From contig JAGWTB010000001.1 of NCBI GenBank assembly GCA_028869175.1, forward strand, positions 2,532-66,531: 64,000 bases of DNA. The letters run 5' to 3'. The translations under genes were made by a program, and so were the position numbers. The stretch is from Sphingomonadales bacterium (GTDB lineage Bacteria > Pseudomonadota > Alphaproteobacteria > Sphingomonadales > Sphingomonadaceae). The notes under the pieces are model-generated. The model saw only the letters and a program-made list of their open reading frames with translations. It did no database searches and was not told the DNA's origin. Below, piece after piece: positions 1-9,000 of this stretch (positions within the stretch are counted from its first letter, which is position 1; each line of letters starts with the position of its first letter).

Positions 1-404
1 TTGGGGGCGGACAATGCGATCGAGGCCCCGGTGCCCGAGAGGAACAATTGCGAGATGCTTTCGGTGCCGCCGGCGGGGATCCGGCCCGAGCGGTAGCCGG
101 GGCCGAGCGGGCGGCCACGCAGCGGCGGCATGTCCTGCAGGGCGACGGTGCGCCAGGGGCTGACCGCATCGTCGGCCCCGTCAAGCGGGTGCGCGCCGAG
201 CCGGTCGATCACGCCCACCGCGTGCGACAGCGCGCGCCGGTCACCCGCCTGTTCGGCGCTGGCGGCCTGGGCGAGCGCTCCGGCGAGCATCTCACCGCGC
301 GACAGCGGGGTGGCGGGAGTGGTGGCCATGGGGTCGGACTGCGCCGAAGCCGCGCATCCCGTCAGGGCAATCAGGGCAGACAAACCGAACGCGAGCGCAC
401 GCAT
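1..404 (-). CDS. Hypothetical lipoprotein, runs off the window edge (not in the ORF track)
   Basis: ATG at 404-402 overlaps the kinase stop (TGATG). Reads MRALAFGLSALIALTGCAASAQ..., a signal peptide with lipobox LTGC; the frame stays open to position 1. Confidence 0.7.
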   Translation of the reverse strand, partial: MRALAFGLSALIALTGCAASAQSDPMATTPATPLSRGEMLAGALAQAASAEQAGDRRALSHAVGVIDRLGAHPLDGADDAVSPWRTVALQDMPPLRGRPLGPGYRSGRIPAGGTESISQLFLSGTGASIALSAP

Positions 405-1759
405 CACGTGATTCCTTCCGGTGACAAGACAAAGGTTGCGCCCGATTCCGTCGGCGCGAGCGATAGACCAAGCCCGTGCCGCCCGGCAATGGCCTTGGCG
501 AGCGCCAGGCCAAGCCCGGCGCCCTGGCCTTCGCCGGGCGAGCGGGCACCGCGCTGGAAGCGGTCGAAGATGCGAGCACGGTCATCAGGCGCGATGCCAG
601 GGCCGTCATCGGACACGGTCAGGCGCGGCCCGTGCTCCACCGCCAGTTTGACGGTGCAGCCGGCGGGGACATATTTGAACGCATTGTCCAGCAGGTTGGT
701 GATCAGCCGGGTAAGCTGCATCTCCTCGCCGTCGAGCGTCACGCCGGGCTCGATCGCCACGACGAAGCGGTGGCCGCTTTCCTCGGCGCTGTCAGCATAG
801 AGATCGCCGATCCGTTCGGCGAGCAGGCTCAGGTTGACCGGGGAAAGACCGCGCCGGTCACCGCGCCGTGCCTCGCTGGTGGCGATGTCGAGCAGCGATT
901 CGAGCAGGGCGACGATGTGGCGGATTTCGGTGCGGGCGTCGGCCAGGGTGGTGCGCGCGGCATCGTCGGGCGCGGCCTTGAGCGCGCGGACCAGCCGGGT
1001 GTCGAGATGCATCAGCGGGGTGCGCAGTTCGTGCGCGATCTGGTCGGAGGTTTCACGGTGGGTCACCACCAGTCGCTTGAGCCGATCGAGTGCTTCGGCG
1101 GAATGCCGGGTCAGTTCGCCGATCTCGTCGCGCGCGCTGCGGCCGTCGGACAGGGCGTCGAGCGAGGGTTCGTCCTGTTCGCGAAAGGCGCGGTTGATCC
1201 GGTCGATTCGCCCCGCCAGCCGCCGCGCCAGCCACATGCCGGCAAGGCCGACGGTTGCTGCCAGGAAGGCCCCGGCGGCGAGGAACGCGAGCCGCACCTG
1301 GCCGAGCAATTCGCTGTCATGACCGTATTCGCGCGCCACCAGCAGCCGCAGCCCGGGGCCGAGCTGGGTGGCGCGGGCGAAAACGGGCTGGCCGTTTGCC
1401 AGCGCCACCTTGCCCGATTGCGACAGCAGCGGCGAAAGCGCCGGCCAGCGTTCGACGTCGCCGGCCAGCTTCCGGCCGTCGTCGGCCGCCAGCATGTAGT
1501 GCGGCGCATTGCCGTCGGCACTGGCCAGCGCGAGCCGGTCGGCAATGCGGCGCTGCAGTTCGGTGGGGCCGCCGCTGGCGAAGATGTCGGCCAGCCCGGC
1601 CAGGTCGACATCGACCGCCCGCGACAGGGCGGCACGGCCGGAGCGTTCGATCGTCGCCTCGGTCACCGCCCACAGCAGGAGGGTGACCGTGATCGATACC
1701 GCGATGGCCCAGAGAACCAGCCGGGCATAGATCGACCGGTTGAAGGGAACGTCGCTCAT
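404..1759 (-). CDS. Sensor histidine kinase (two TM helices, HAMP, HisKA, HATPase_c)
   Basis: H-box IAHELRTPL, N-box NLLDNAFKY, G1 DDGPGI, F-box IFDRF, G2 GAGLGLA. Confidence 0.95.
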   Translation of the reverse strand: MSDVPFNRSIYARLVLWAIAVSITVTLLLWAVTEATIERSGRAALSRAVDVDLAGLADIFASGGPTELQRRIADRLALASADGNAPHYMLAADDGRKLAGDVERWPALSPLLSQSGKVALANGQPVFARATQLGPGLRLLVAREYGHDSELLGQVRLAFLAAGAFLAATVGLAGMWLARRLAGRIDRINRAFREQDEPSLDALSDGRSARDEIGELTRHSAEALDRLKRLVVTHRETSDQIAHELRTPLMHLDTRLVRALKAAPDDAARTTLADARTEIRHIVALLESLLDIATSEARRGDRRGLSPVNLSLLAERIGDLYADSAEESGHRFVVAIEPGVTLDGEEMQLTRLITNLLDNAFKYVPAGCTVKLAVEHGPRLTVSDDGPGIAPDDRARIFDRFQRGARSPGEGQGAGLGLALAKAIAGRHGLGLSLAPTESGATFVLSPEGIT

Positions 1760-2442
1760 CGCCCCTCCAGCAAGCGATAGCCCGTGCCCCAGATCGTTTC
1801 GAGCGCCGGGGTGGCGAAGCCTTCTTCCAGCTTGCGCCGCAAGCGGCCGATGTTGACGTCAACCACGTTGGTCTGCGGGTCGAAGCCCATTTTCCACACG
1901 TCGCGCAGCAGCATTTCGCGCGTCACCACTTCGCCCGCGTTTTCCATGAAATAGCGGAACAGCTCGAATTCCTTGGGGCTGAGCGCAAGGTGCTTGTTGT
2001 CGCGAAAGGCGGTGCGCGCCTTCACGTGGCATTCGAAGGTACCGTAGATGATCACCGCGCTGTGCTCTCGCCCGGCGTTGCGGCGATGCAGCGCGCGCAG
2101 GCGGGCGAGCAGTTCCTCGGCCTCGAACGGCTTGGCGAGATAATCGTCGGCTCCGGCGTCGAGCCCTTCGGCGCGGTCGATGGTGCGGCCGAGCGCGGAG
2201 AGCATCAGCACCGGGGTGCCAACGCCGCTTTCACGCAGGCGCTTGAGGATGGTCATGCCATCGATGTCGGGCAGGGTGCGATCAAGGATGATGACGTCGA
2301 AATCATCCTTGCCGGCGCGGAGCAGGCCGGCGGCACCGCTGGATTCCCAGGTCACCCGGTCGCCGGCGCGCGAGGCAAGTTCCTGTACTTCGGCAGCGAC
2401 GCGCGAATCGTCTTCGACGTAAAGTATGTTGATCGCGCTCAT
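1756..2442 (-). CDS. OmpR/PhoB-family response regulator
   Basis: Receiver motifs YVEDD, ILDRTLP, DYLAKPF; winged helix TNVVDVNIGRLRRKL...WGTGY. 4-bp overlap with the kinase; start placed at ATG 2442. Confidence 0.95.
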   Translation of the reverse strand: MSAINILYVEDDSRVAAEVQELASRAGDRVTWESSGAAGLLRAGKDDFDVIILDRTLPDIDGMTILKRLRESGVGTPVLMLSALGRTIDRAEGLDAGADDYLAKPFEAEELLARLRALHRRNAGREHSAVIIYGTFECHVKARTAFRDNKHLALSPKEFELFRYFMENAGEVVTREMLLRDVWKMGFDPQTNVVDVNIGRLRRKLEEGFATPALETIWGTGYRLLEGR

Positions 2443-2560
2443 CGTCGCACTTGCCCCTGTCACTCGCGAACCCCGGCCTGCCCCTGGTCTACGACGCCCG
2501 CATTCGCACCGCCGGGCAAAAAGGTAGGCCGGACACGCGGCCCGGCCTACATACGAAGAC

Positions 2561-2576
2561 TGTCACGAATGTGACA
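2561..2576. promoter_or_regulatory. Palindrome TGTCAC-gaat-GTGACA, candidate regulator site upstream of the response regulator
   Basis: Perfect 6-bp inverted repeat in the intergenic region; the same hexamer recurs at 8980-9040. Confidence 0.4.
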
Positions 2577-2586
2577 ATCCCCGTTA

Positions 2587-2619
2587 GGAAGGGCCGCGCA
2601 CAGGGCGGACGGCCCTTCC
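2587..2619 (-). terminator. GC-rich hairpin after the large secreted-protein gene
   Basis: GGAAGGGCCG...CGGCCCTTCC inverted repeat just past the stop; weak U-tract. Confidence 0.5.
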
Positions 2620-2630
2620 GGGGTCATGTG

Positions 2631-5600
2631 TCACGGTTTGGTGAAGGCGATCACGCCGGTCACGCCGGTCGGCTCACTGTTGATCTGGTAGGCAACGCCG
2701 GCATTGCTGGCGCCGTCCCCGGCGAGGAAGCCGACGAAGGAACCGCTCGACACGCTGCCGGTGCGCACCAGTCCGCCGTTGAAGCTGTTGCCGGCGCTGA
2801 GCGGCTGGTCGGGCGAGGCGATGCCGCCAAGCGAGCGCAGGCTGTAGGTGGCGTTGGGCATTGTCACGCTCGCCTCGAAGCCGACCATTTTCGTGGCGAA
2901 GTCCACCGCCAGACTGGCGCTGTCAACCTTGCCGGGGGCAACCGCGCCGTTGAGCTGGACCGGCTGGGTCGCGCTGGTCATGGCATAGGTCACGCGGCCA
3001 CTGGTTGGCAGGTTGGTCACCGGCGCGCCCCAGATATGCGCATAGCCGCCGTTGGTCTGGATGGTGCGGGCAATCGTCGTGCCGGTGCCGGTGGTTTCCG
3101 TTACCGTGCCCACCCCCCAGCGCGCCCAGCCAAGGGTTGCGCCGATGTGGCCGAATTCGGCATTGGCCGCCGAACCGCGCGTGAAGGTGTCGCCCGCGAT
3201 GGTGGTGGTGTTGAGCTGTCCGTCGGCCAGCGCGGTGAGCGGGGTGACGTCGGTCTGTGCCAGGGTGCTGCCGAAGATCGTGCCGCTGGCATTGAACATC
3301 GCCCCCGCCCCCGCATAGTGCAGGCTCCCGGTCGGAGCGGACGAACCCGAGGTCCCGGTGCCCACCGTCGTCGCGGTGGACCCGTCGCGGCTGAACACGA
3401 TCACGCCGCTGAGGTCGTTGAGCGAAGGCGACAGATAGCTGACCGCCGCGTGGGTGCCCCCGGTACCCGCCAGCAGTCCCCTGATGTTGAACGTCTCGGC
3501 GCCGTTCACCGAGCTGCCCGAGAAGGTCATGTCGGTGCCGATGCCCATCGACGGCGCGGCAGTGCCGCCGGTGCTGCCGAAGGTGTGGCTGGCACCGTTC
3601 TGCGTGATCGTGGCGGTGAAACCGACCCGGCGGGTGGCGAAAGCCACGGCCAGGCTGGCACTGTCCACCGTGCCCGGCGCGCTGGTGCCGGTGGGGATGA
3701 ACGGTTTGGTCCCGCCGATCATCTGGTAGGTGGCGGTGCCGGTGGTCGGCAGCGAGGTCGCGGGCTTGGCCCAGACGAAGGCAACGCCGCCATTCGCCGC
3801 ATAGTTCAGCGTGACCCAGCCGGACTTGGTGGCAGTGCCCCCCGCCCAGCGGGTCCAGGCGATTACCCCGCCCGAGGTGCCGGTGTCGGTCTCGGTCGCG
3901 GTGCCGCGCGTGTAGCCGTCGGGGTTGATCGTCAGGCGTCCGTCGGACAGCGCGGTGACGGTGACGTTGTTGTACTGGTTCTGCCCGGAGATCACCTCCT
4001 TGACCGGCAAGGCCCCGCTGCTGTGGGAAATCATGCCGGTGCCGGTAGGGGCGGCAACCGCCGGGGTTGGTGTGGGAGTGGGAGTGGGAGTCGGCGTCGG
4101 CGAGGTGCCCGGCGCAAAGATCACCGCGCCCTGGATGCGCCCGGCGGACTGGCTTCCGCCATAAGTCTGGTAGACCATGCCCAGCCGCTCCTGCGGGTTC
4201 GCGCCGCCAAAACCGCCATAGAGTTGCAGGAAGCAGCCCGAACCGGTGCATCCGATGCCCGATCCGGTCATTGTCGTCTGAAACAGATAACCACCCGCCG
4301 AGCGGTAGTTGTCGTAGATCGCGTTCTGCATCGCCCCCGCCGCGTAGCCGGTCGAAGCGAAGGAATAGACCACGTTTCCGGCGGTTTCCGGCATGGTGAC
4401 CGTGCCCGAAACCTTGTAGGTCAGGGTCGAGCCGAAGCCGAGTGTCAGGTTGGCCGCGAAAGTGCCGGGGGCGCTCGCCCCGCCGGAATAGACCGGTTGG
4501 GTCGCGGCGAGAATGCCGTAGTCCAGCGTACCGGTCGTCGGCAGACTCCCCACCATTGGTGCGACGACGACATAGGGCACGCCGCCGTTCGCGTTCACCG
4601 TGAACCCGCCGTTCTCGAACGTACCCGAACCGCTGACGAAGCGCCCGACGATGGCCCGCGAATCGCCAGCGACATCGGCGGCGGTGGAAGTTCCCCTGGT
4701 CAGGCTGGTCGCGCCGATCAGTCCGCCGTTGGCATCGAGCGTCGGGCTGCCGGTGGCGGGCTGGATGGTCCCGGCGTTGGCGGCGAAGGCTCGCGCACCG
4801 GTGCCGCCGGTGAAACCGCCGGTGTAGGAGGTCAGCCGGGTCACGACCCCGCCGCTGCCGCCCGTGCCGCCGCTGCTGTTGACCGGCAGCGCAGTATAGG
4901 CGTTGGGCGTGCCGCCTGCGGCAACATAGGTGTAATACCCGTCGAAGAAGGTCGCGCTGGCGCCGCTGAACAACTGGTTGAACACCCCGGCATCGACCAG
5001 CGCCTTGAGGTAGGCCTGAATCTGCGCCAGCGTCAGCGCCGAATAGGCGCTGGGCAAGCCGCCGCCCTGCAGGAACGTGTAATAGGCGTTCAGCGCCGAG
5101 GTGTAGCTGGCATAGACCGGCAGGCCCTTGTACCCGTTCGGCGTACCGCCGCCCGCAACAAAGCTGTAATAGCCGGAGAGGAAGGTCTTGGCATCACCGT
5201 TCAGCAGGCTGTTGTAGACCCCCGCATCGACCAGCGCCTTGAGATAGGCCTGAAGCTGGGCCTGCGAGACCGCCGAATAGCCGGAAGGCAGCCCACCCCC
5301 GGCGAGGAAGGCGTAGTAGGCGTTCAGCGCCGAGACGTAGCTGGTATAGACCGGCAGGCCGGTATAGCCGTTGGCGCTGCCGCCAGCTGACAGATAGGCG
5401 TAGTAGGCGTTGAGGAAGCTGCCGGAATCGCCGCTCAGCAGGGTGTTGTAGACCCCGGCGTCGATCAGCGCCTTGATGTAGGCCTGAAGCTGCGCGATGG
5501 TCAGCGCGCTGTAGCCCGAAGGCAGTCCGCCTCCCGCAAGGTAGGCATAGTAGGCATTCAGCGCGCCGCTGTAGTTCGCATAGAGCGGCAGGCCCGAATA

Positions 5601-7586
5601 GCGGTCCGCCGCGCCGCCATTGGCGAGGAAGGTGAAGTAGCCGGTGAGCAGGGTGGCGTTCGCCCCCAGCAGTTCACCCTGCCTGCCCGCCGCGATGATC
5701 GCGTCGATGTAGATCTTCAGCTTCTCGGCGCTGAGCGCGGTGTAGCCGCTCGGCAAGCCGCCGCCGGAAAGGTAGGCGGCATAGGCGTTGAGCGCATCGG
5801 CGAAGGCCGGATAGTCCGGCGGCACCGGCAGCTTGGCGTAGAGGTCGGGATTCCCGCCCCCTGCAAGGTAGGCGTAGAATTCGCCCCAGAACGGCGACAG
5901 GTCGCCAAGGAAGCGGTCATAGGCCCCGGCTCCCTGCAGCGCGGCAAGATAGGCGCTGATCTGCGACTGGGTGAGGGCGGAATAGGCCGAAGGCACCCCG
6001 CCCTGCTTGAGAAAGGCGTAATAGGCGTTCAGCGAAGTGGCATAGCCCGCGAAGACGTTGGCCGGCAGCCCCGCATAGCTGTCCACGCTGCCGCCCGCCT
6101 GCAGGTGGGCGAGGTATCCGGCATAGAACTGCGCCTGCGAACCCAGCACCCGGTCGAACAGCCCGGTCGATTGCAGGGTTTCGAGGTAAGCGCGAAGCTG
6201 GGCGATGTCGGCGGCGCTGTAGCCGCTCGGCAGGCGGCCTTCCTGCAGGTAGGTGAAATAGGCGTTGAGCGAAACGCGGTACTGGTCGGCGAAGGCATAA
6301 CCGTTGCCGCTCTTCGCCAGGCTCGCCAGCCAGGTGTTGAGCAGCGTCTGGTTCTGCTGGGTCAGCCGCACCAGCAGCCCTGAATCGCGCAGGAAGGTGA
6401 GGTAGGCATTGATCGTCTGGGTGCTCGCGCCCGAAAAGGCCGCCGGATCGCCGCCGCCTCGCAGGAAGGCGAAATAGGCGTCGGTCAGGCTGGTGTAGCG
6501 CGGCACGAACTGGTCGGCATTGCCGCCGCCCTGGATGAAGGCGAGATAGGCATCGACCAGCACCTTGTTCTGCGCCGAAAGCGATCCTAGCGCTCCGGTG
6601 CGCCCGCGATAGGCGATGAAGGCGTTGATCTGCTCTACGCTCGCGCCCTTGAACGAGGAAGGCAGCGCGGCGGTGCGCATCAGATCGAGGTACTGGGTCA
6701 TGAACCCGGCATAGGCGGTGAGGAACTGCGCGCCCGAGCCGCCATTGGCGAGGTACTGCAGGTAGGTGCGGATGATGTCCGCCGCCGCTCCGTTGAACGG
6801 CTGGCCACCGTACGCTCCATCAAGGCGTCCGGCATAGCCGACCAGCAGTGCAAGGTCGCCTGAGGGGAAGGTTTCCAGTGCGGGAGCGGCGGCGGCCGCC
6901 TGCACCCGGCGCGCTGCGGCGACGATGTCGCCCGAAGCACCGGCTGCCGCGAGGGCATCGCCAAGAACCACCGGCACGCCGTTCGCGGCGGCAGCGGCGG
7001 GGCCGCCTTCGTGGCTGTCAGCGACTTGCGGGGTGTCGGCCACTTCCGCCGGAACCGCTGCCGCGCCATTGGCCAGCGCCAGTTCGGGTCGTCCGCCGTC
7101 CGAATGCCACATCTGGCCGGTGTCGAAGCGGCGCGGGTTGCCGCCGTCCAGCGCGATCAGCGCTGCGCCATTGAGCACGTGGCCGCGTAGCTCGTGCCTG
7201 CCATCGCCCTTGTCGGTGACCGAAAAGCTCGCAGCGGCGTTTCTGTCTTCCACCCGGCCTTCGCCTTCGCCGGCGAGGTGGACCGCCACCGGCCCGCCGT
7301 CCCCGCCCGACACGGTGACCGATCCGGCGAACAGATCTACGCTGCCGTCGGCGCGGATCTGGAAGCTCGCCCCATCGACAAAACTGGCGACACCGCCGCT
7401 GTCGAGCCGCACCTGGGTCAGGCCGCTCTGCTGGTTGACTCGCTCGCCGGCTTCGGCGGCGCGGGCCAGGCCCGGGTCGCTGGCGAAGATGGCGCTCTTG
7501 GCCTGGGCGGGGGTAGCGATGGCAAGGCTGGACGCGGTGAGCAGCAGGATGCCAGCGAACTGGCGAGTGGTGGTGGTGCGGGACAT
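2631..7586 (-). CDS. Large secreted multidomain protein: FecR-like N-terminus, 78-aa repeats, three TbpB-like barrel modules; putative Slam/T11SS cargo
   Basis: GGAGA SD before ATG 7586; signal peptide ending PAQA. Internal repeats, three modules ending GAVIF / GVIVF / GVIAFTKP, and a PT linker. Directly downstream of a Slam-like gene. Confidence 0.8.
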   Translation of the reverse strand: MSRTTTTRQFAGILLLTASSLAIATPAQAKSAIFASDPGLARAAEAGERVNQQSGLTQVRLDSGGVASFVDGASFQIRADGSVDLFAGSVTVSGGDGGPVAVHLAGEGEGRVEDRNAAASFSVTDKGDGRHELRGHVLNGAALIALDGGNPRRFDTGQMWHSDGGRPELALANGAAAVPAEVADTPQVADSHEGGPAAAAANGVPVVLGDALAAAGASGDIVAAARRVQAAAAAPALETFPSGDLALLVGYAGRLDGAYGGQPFNGAAADIIRTYLQYLANGGSGAQFLTAYAGFMTQYLDLMRTAALPSSFKGASVEQINAFIAYRGRTGALGSLSAQNKVLVDAYLAFIQGGGNADQFVPRYTSLTDAYFAFLRGGGDPAAFSGASTQTINAYLTFLRDSGLLVRLTQQNQTLLNTWLASLAKSGNGYAFADQYRVSLNAYFTYLQEGRLPSGYSAADIAQLRAYLETLQSTGLFDRVLGSQAQFYAGYLAHLQAGGSVDSYAGLPANVFAGYATSLNAYYAFLKQGGVPSAYSALTQSQISAYLAALQGAGAYDRFLGDLSPFWGEFYAYLAGGGNPDLYAKLPVPPDYPAFADALNAYAAYLSGGGLPSGYTALSAEKLKIYIDAIIAAGRQGELLGANATLLTGYFTFLANGGAADRYSGLPLYANYSGALNAYYAYLAGGGLPSGYSALTIAQLQAYIKALIDAGVYNTLLSGDSGSFLNAYYAYLSAGGSANGYTGLPVYTSYVSALNAYYAFLAGGGLPSGYSAVSQAQLQAYLKALVDAGVYNSLLNGDAKTFLSGYYSFVAGGGTPNGYKGLPVYASYTSALNAYYTFLQGGGLPSAYSALTLAQIQAYLKALVDAGVFNQLFSGASATFFDGYYTYVAAGGTPNAYTALPVNSSGGTGGSGGVVTRLTSYTGGFTGGTGARAFAANAGTIQPATGSPTLDANGGLIGATSLTRGTSTAADVAGDSRAIVGRFVSGSGTFENGGFTVNANGGVPYVVVAPMVGSLPTTGTLDYGILAATQPVYSGGASAPGTFAANLTLGFGSTLTYKVSGTVTMPETAGNVVYSFASTGYAAGAMQNAIYDNYRSAGGYLFQTTMTGSGIGCTGSGCFLQLYGGFGGANPQERLGMVYQTYGGSQSAGRIQGAVIFAPGTSPTPTPTPTPTPTPAVAAPTGTGMISHSSGALPVKEVISGQNQYNNVTVTALSDGRLTINPDGYTRGTATETDTGTSGGVIAWTRWAGGTATKSGWVTLNYAANGGVAFVWAKPATSLPTTGTATYQMIGGTKPFIPTGTSAPGTVDSASLAVAFATRRVGFTATITQNGASHTFGSTGGTAAPSMGIGTDMTFSGSSVNGAETFNIRGLLAGTGGTHAAVSYLSPSLNDLSGVIVFSRDGSTATTVGTGTSGSSAPTGSLHYAGAGAMFNASGTIFGSTLAQTDVTPLTALADGQLNTTTIAGDTFTRGSAANAEFGHIGATLGWARWGVGTVTETTGTGTTIARTIQTNGGYAHIWGAPVTNLPTSGRVTYAMTSATQPVQLNGAVAPGKVDSASLAVDFATKMVGFEASVTMPNATYSLRSLGGIASPDQPLSAGNSFNGGLVRTGSVSSGSFVGFLAGDGASNAGVAYQINSEPTGVTGVIAFTKP
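4879..5600 (-). repeat. Intragenic 234-bp (78-codon) tandem repeat, three well-conserved units; degenerate copies continue to about 6790
   Basis: A (T)AGACCGGCAG-like anchor recurs at 4879, 5113, 5347 and 5581 (234-bp spacing). Confidence 0.9.
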
Positions 7587-7633
7587 GGTCTGGTCTCCGG
7601 AAAATACGCGTGACGGGGCGGGGCGGAGGGACA

Positions 7634-8944
7634 TCAGAATTCGAACCTGACGCCGGCCGAGGCGGTCCAGCGTTCGTGGTCGTAAAGCGCGATGTTGCTC
7701 CAGTTGCGCGAGTAGGTGACACGCGGCTGGAGATAGAGGTTGGGCAGGACACCCACCTTGAGCCCGGCGGAGAGGTCGATCCGCTCGTCATGGCGCTTGA
7801 CCAGGAACAGCGGGTCCGCCTGATCGTAGCGGCGCATGTCGAAGGCCGCGCCGATTACTGCGGCGAAGCTCTTGCCCAGCGGCACTTCTGCGCCCAGCGA
7901 GGCCCCGGCGAAGCTGTTCGAATTGGCATCGCCCGCCTGCCGCCGCGTCTCCTCATGCCCGGCGATCACATTGGCCGAGACATTGCGGGTGACATAGCCC
8001 AGGCCCACGGCGAAGCGGTCGGCGTCGCGCAGCGGGTCGCCGTTGTAGTCGAACCGGTTGTACTGCAGCGAGACGGCCAGCGCCTTGCCACCCTGCAAGC
8101 GGTGGGTGTACTGCCCGATCGCGCCGTAGGCGGTGCGGTAGCCCTTGTGGCCCAGCCAGAAGCCTTGCACCTGCGCCGAGACCGAGATCACGTCCTGGTT
8201 GGCGAAGGAATGGGCCATGCCGGCGGTGCCGGTCAGGCTGGCCTGATCGAAGGCGGCGCTGTCGAAATTGTCACGGAAGTTGCCCAGGACGGAGCCGAAC
8301 AGGCGGTTCTGGCGGCTGATCGCGGTAACGCCGGACACGCCGCCGCCGATCTCGTAATACCCGTCCTTCTGCGCCCGCGCTCCTGCGCCCAGCGTGCCAG
8401 GGCCGAGGCCGGCGAACAGCGGGATGGTGATACTGGTAAGCTGCGTGGCGGCGTTGACGTTGCTGTCATGCCCCGCGCCCGCTTCAAGGAAGCCCGACAG
8501 GTCAGAGCCGCCGCCCTTGATCTGGCGGTCAAACTGGCGGACGAAACCGGTAAAGCGCTGGCGCACCGGATCGGGCAGGCTGGGATCGTCCACCACCGTG
8601 GCGAACTGCGCGCGTGCCGTATCGATGTCACCCGCCATGGCATAGGCACGGGCCAGTTCGGCGCGGGCCTGGGCATGGTTGGGCTGGACCGCCAGCACGC
8701 GCTGGAAGGCGATGATTGCCGCGCCGTAATGGCCGCTGTCGGCAGCGGCGATGCCAAGCTGGTAATCGTAGTCGGGCGTGCCGGCGCGGCTGGCTTCCTC
8801 GGCGGCCAGCGCGGTGTAGCGCGCCTCGGCTTCGGCCTTGGCGGCGGGTGCGGCGGCCTGGCCGAATGCGGGTGACGGTATCGCTGCCGCCCCGGCGAGC
8901 GCCACCACGGCGCATCCGAGCGTGCGAATTGCGTAAGTCGACAT
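7634..8944 (-). CDS. Slam/DUF560-like outer-membrane protein (TPR plus beta-barrel)
   Basis: Signal peptide; TPR segment YDYQLGIAAADSG...QPNHAQARAELARAY; barrel start GAGHDSNVN; C-terminus RNWSNIALYDHERW...GVRFEF resembles the Slam N-x-S-N-I-x-x-Y motif with a terminal Phe. Confidence 0.8.
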   Translation of the reverse strand: MSTYAIRTLGCAVVALAGAAAIPSPAFGQAAAPAAKAEAEARYTALAAEEASRAGTPDYDYQLGIAAADSGHYGAAIIAFQRVLAVQPNHAQARAELARAYAMAGDIDTARAQFATVVDDPSLPDPVRQRFTGFVRQFDRQIKGGGSDLSGFLEAGAGHDSNVNAATQLTSITIPLFAGLGPGTLGAGARAQKDGYYEIGGGVSGVTAISRQNRLFGSVLGNFRDNFDSAAFDQASLTGTAGMAHSFANQDVISVSAQVQGFWLGHKGYRTAYGAIGQYTHRLQGGKALAVSLQYNRFDYNGDPLRDADRFAVGLGYVTRNVSANVIAGHEETRRQAGDANSNSFAGASLGAEVPLGKSFAAVIGAAFDMRRYDQADPLFLVKRHDERIDLSAGLKVGVLPNLYLQPRVTYSRNWSNIALYDHERWTASAGVRFEF

Positions 8945-9000
8945 ACTGCTTTGCCCCCAAACTGGCAGAAATCATCGACTGTCACGCTAGACAGCCTGAT

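Noticed and set aside
4063-4105. GTGGGA short tandem repeat as a phase-variation tract
   Set aside because: The hexamer encodes a Pro-Thr linker; slippage keeps the frame.
2451-5390. 979-aa plus-strand ORF and other long antisense ORFs (e.g. 24823-26349, 35076-37094, 47421-49583, 52945-55242, 57556-58992)
   Set aside because: Shadow frames opposite well-supported genes, expected from high-GC codon bias; no recognisable motifs.
4879-5600. Possible CRISPR array or non-coding tandem repeat
   Set aside because: The period is a multiple of three within an open frame, with no repeat-spacer structure and no cas genes.
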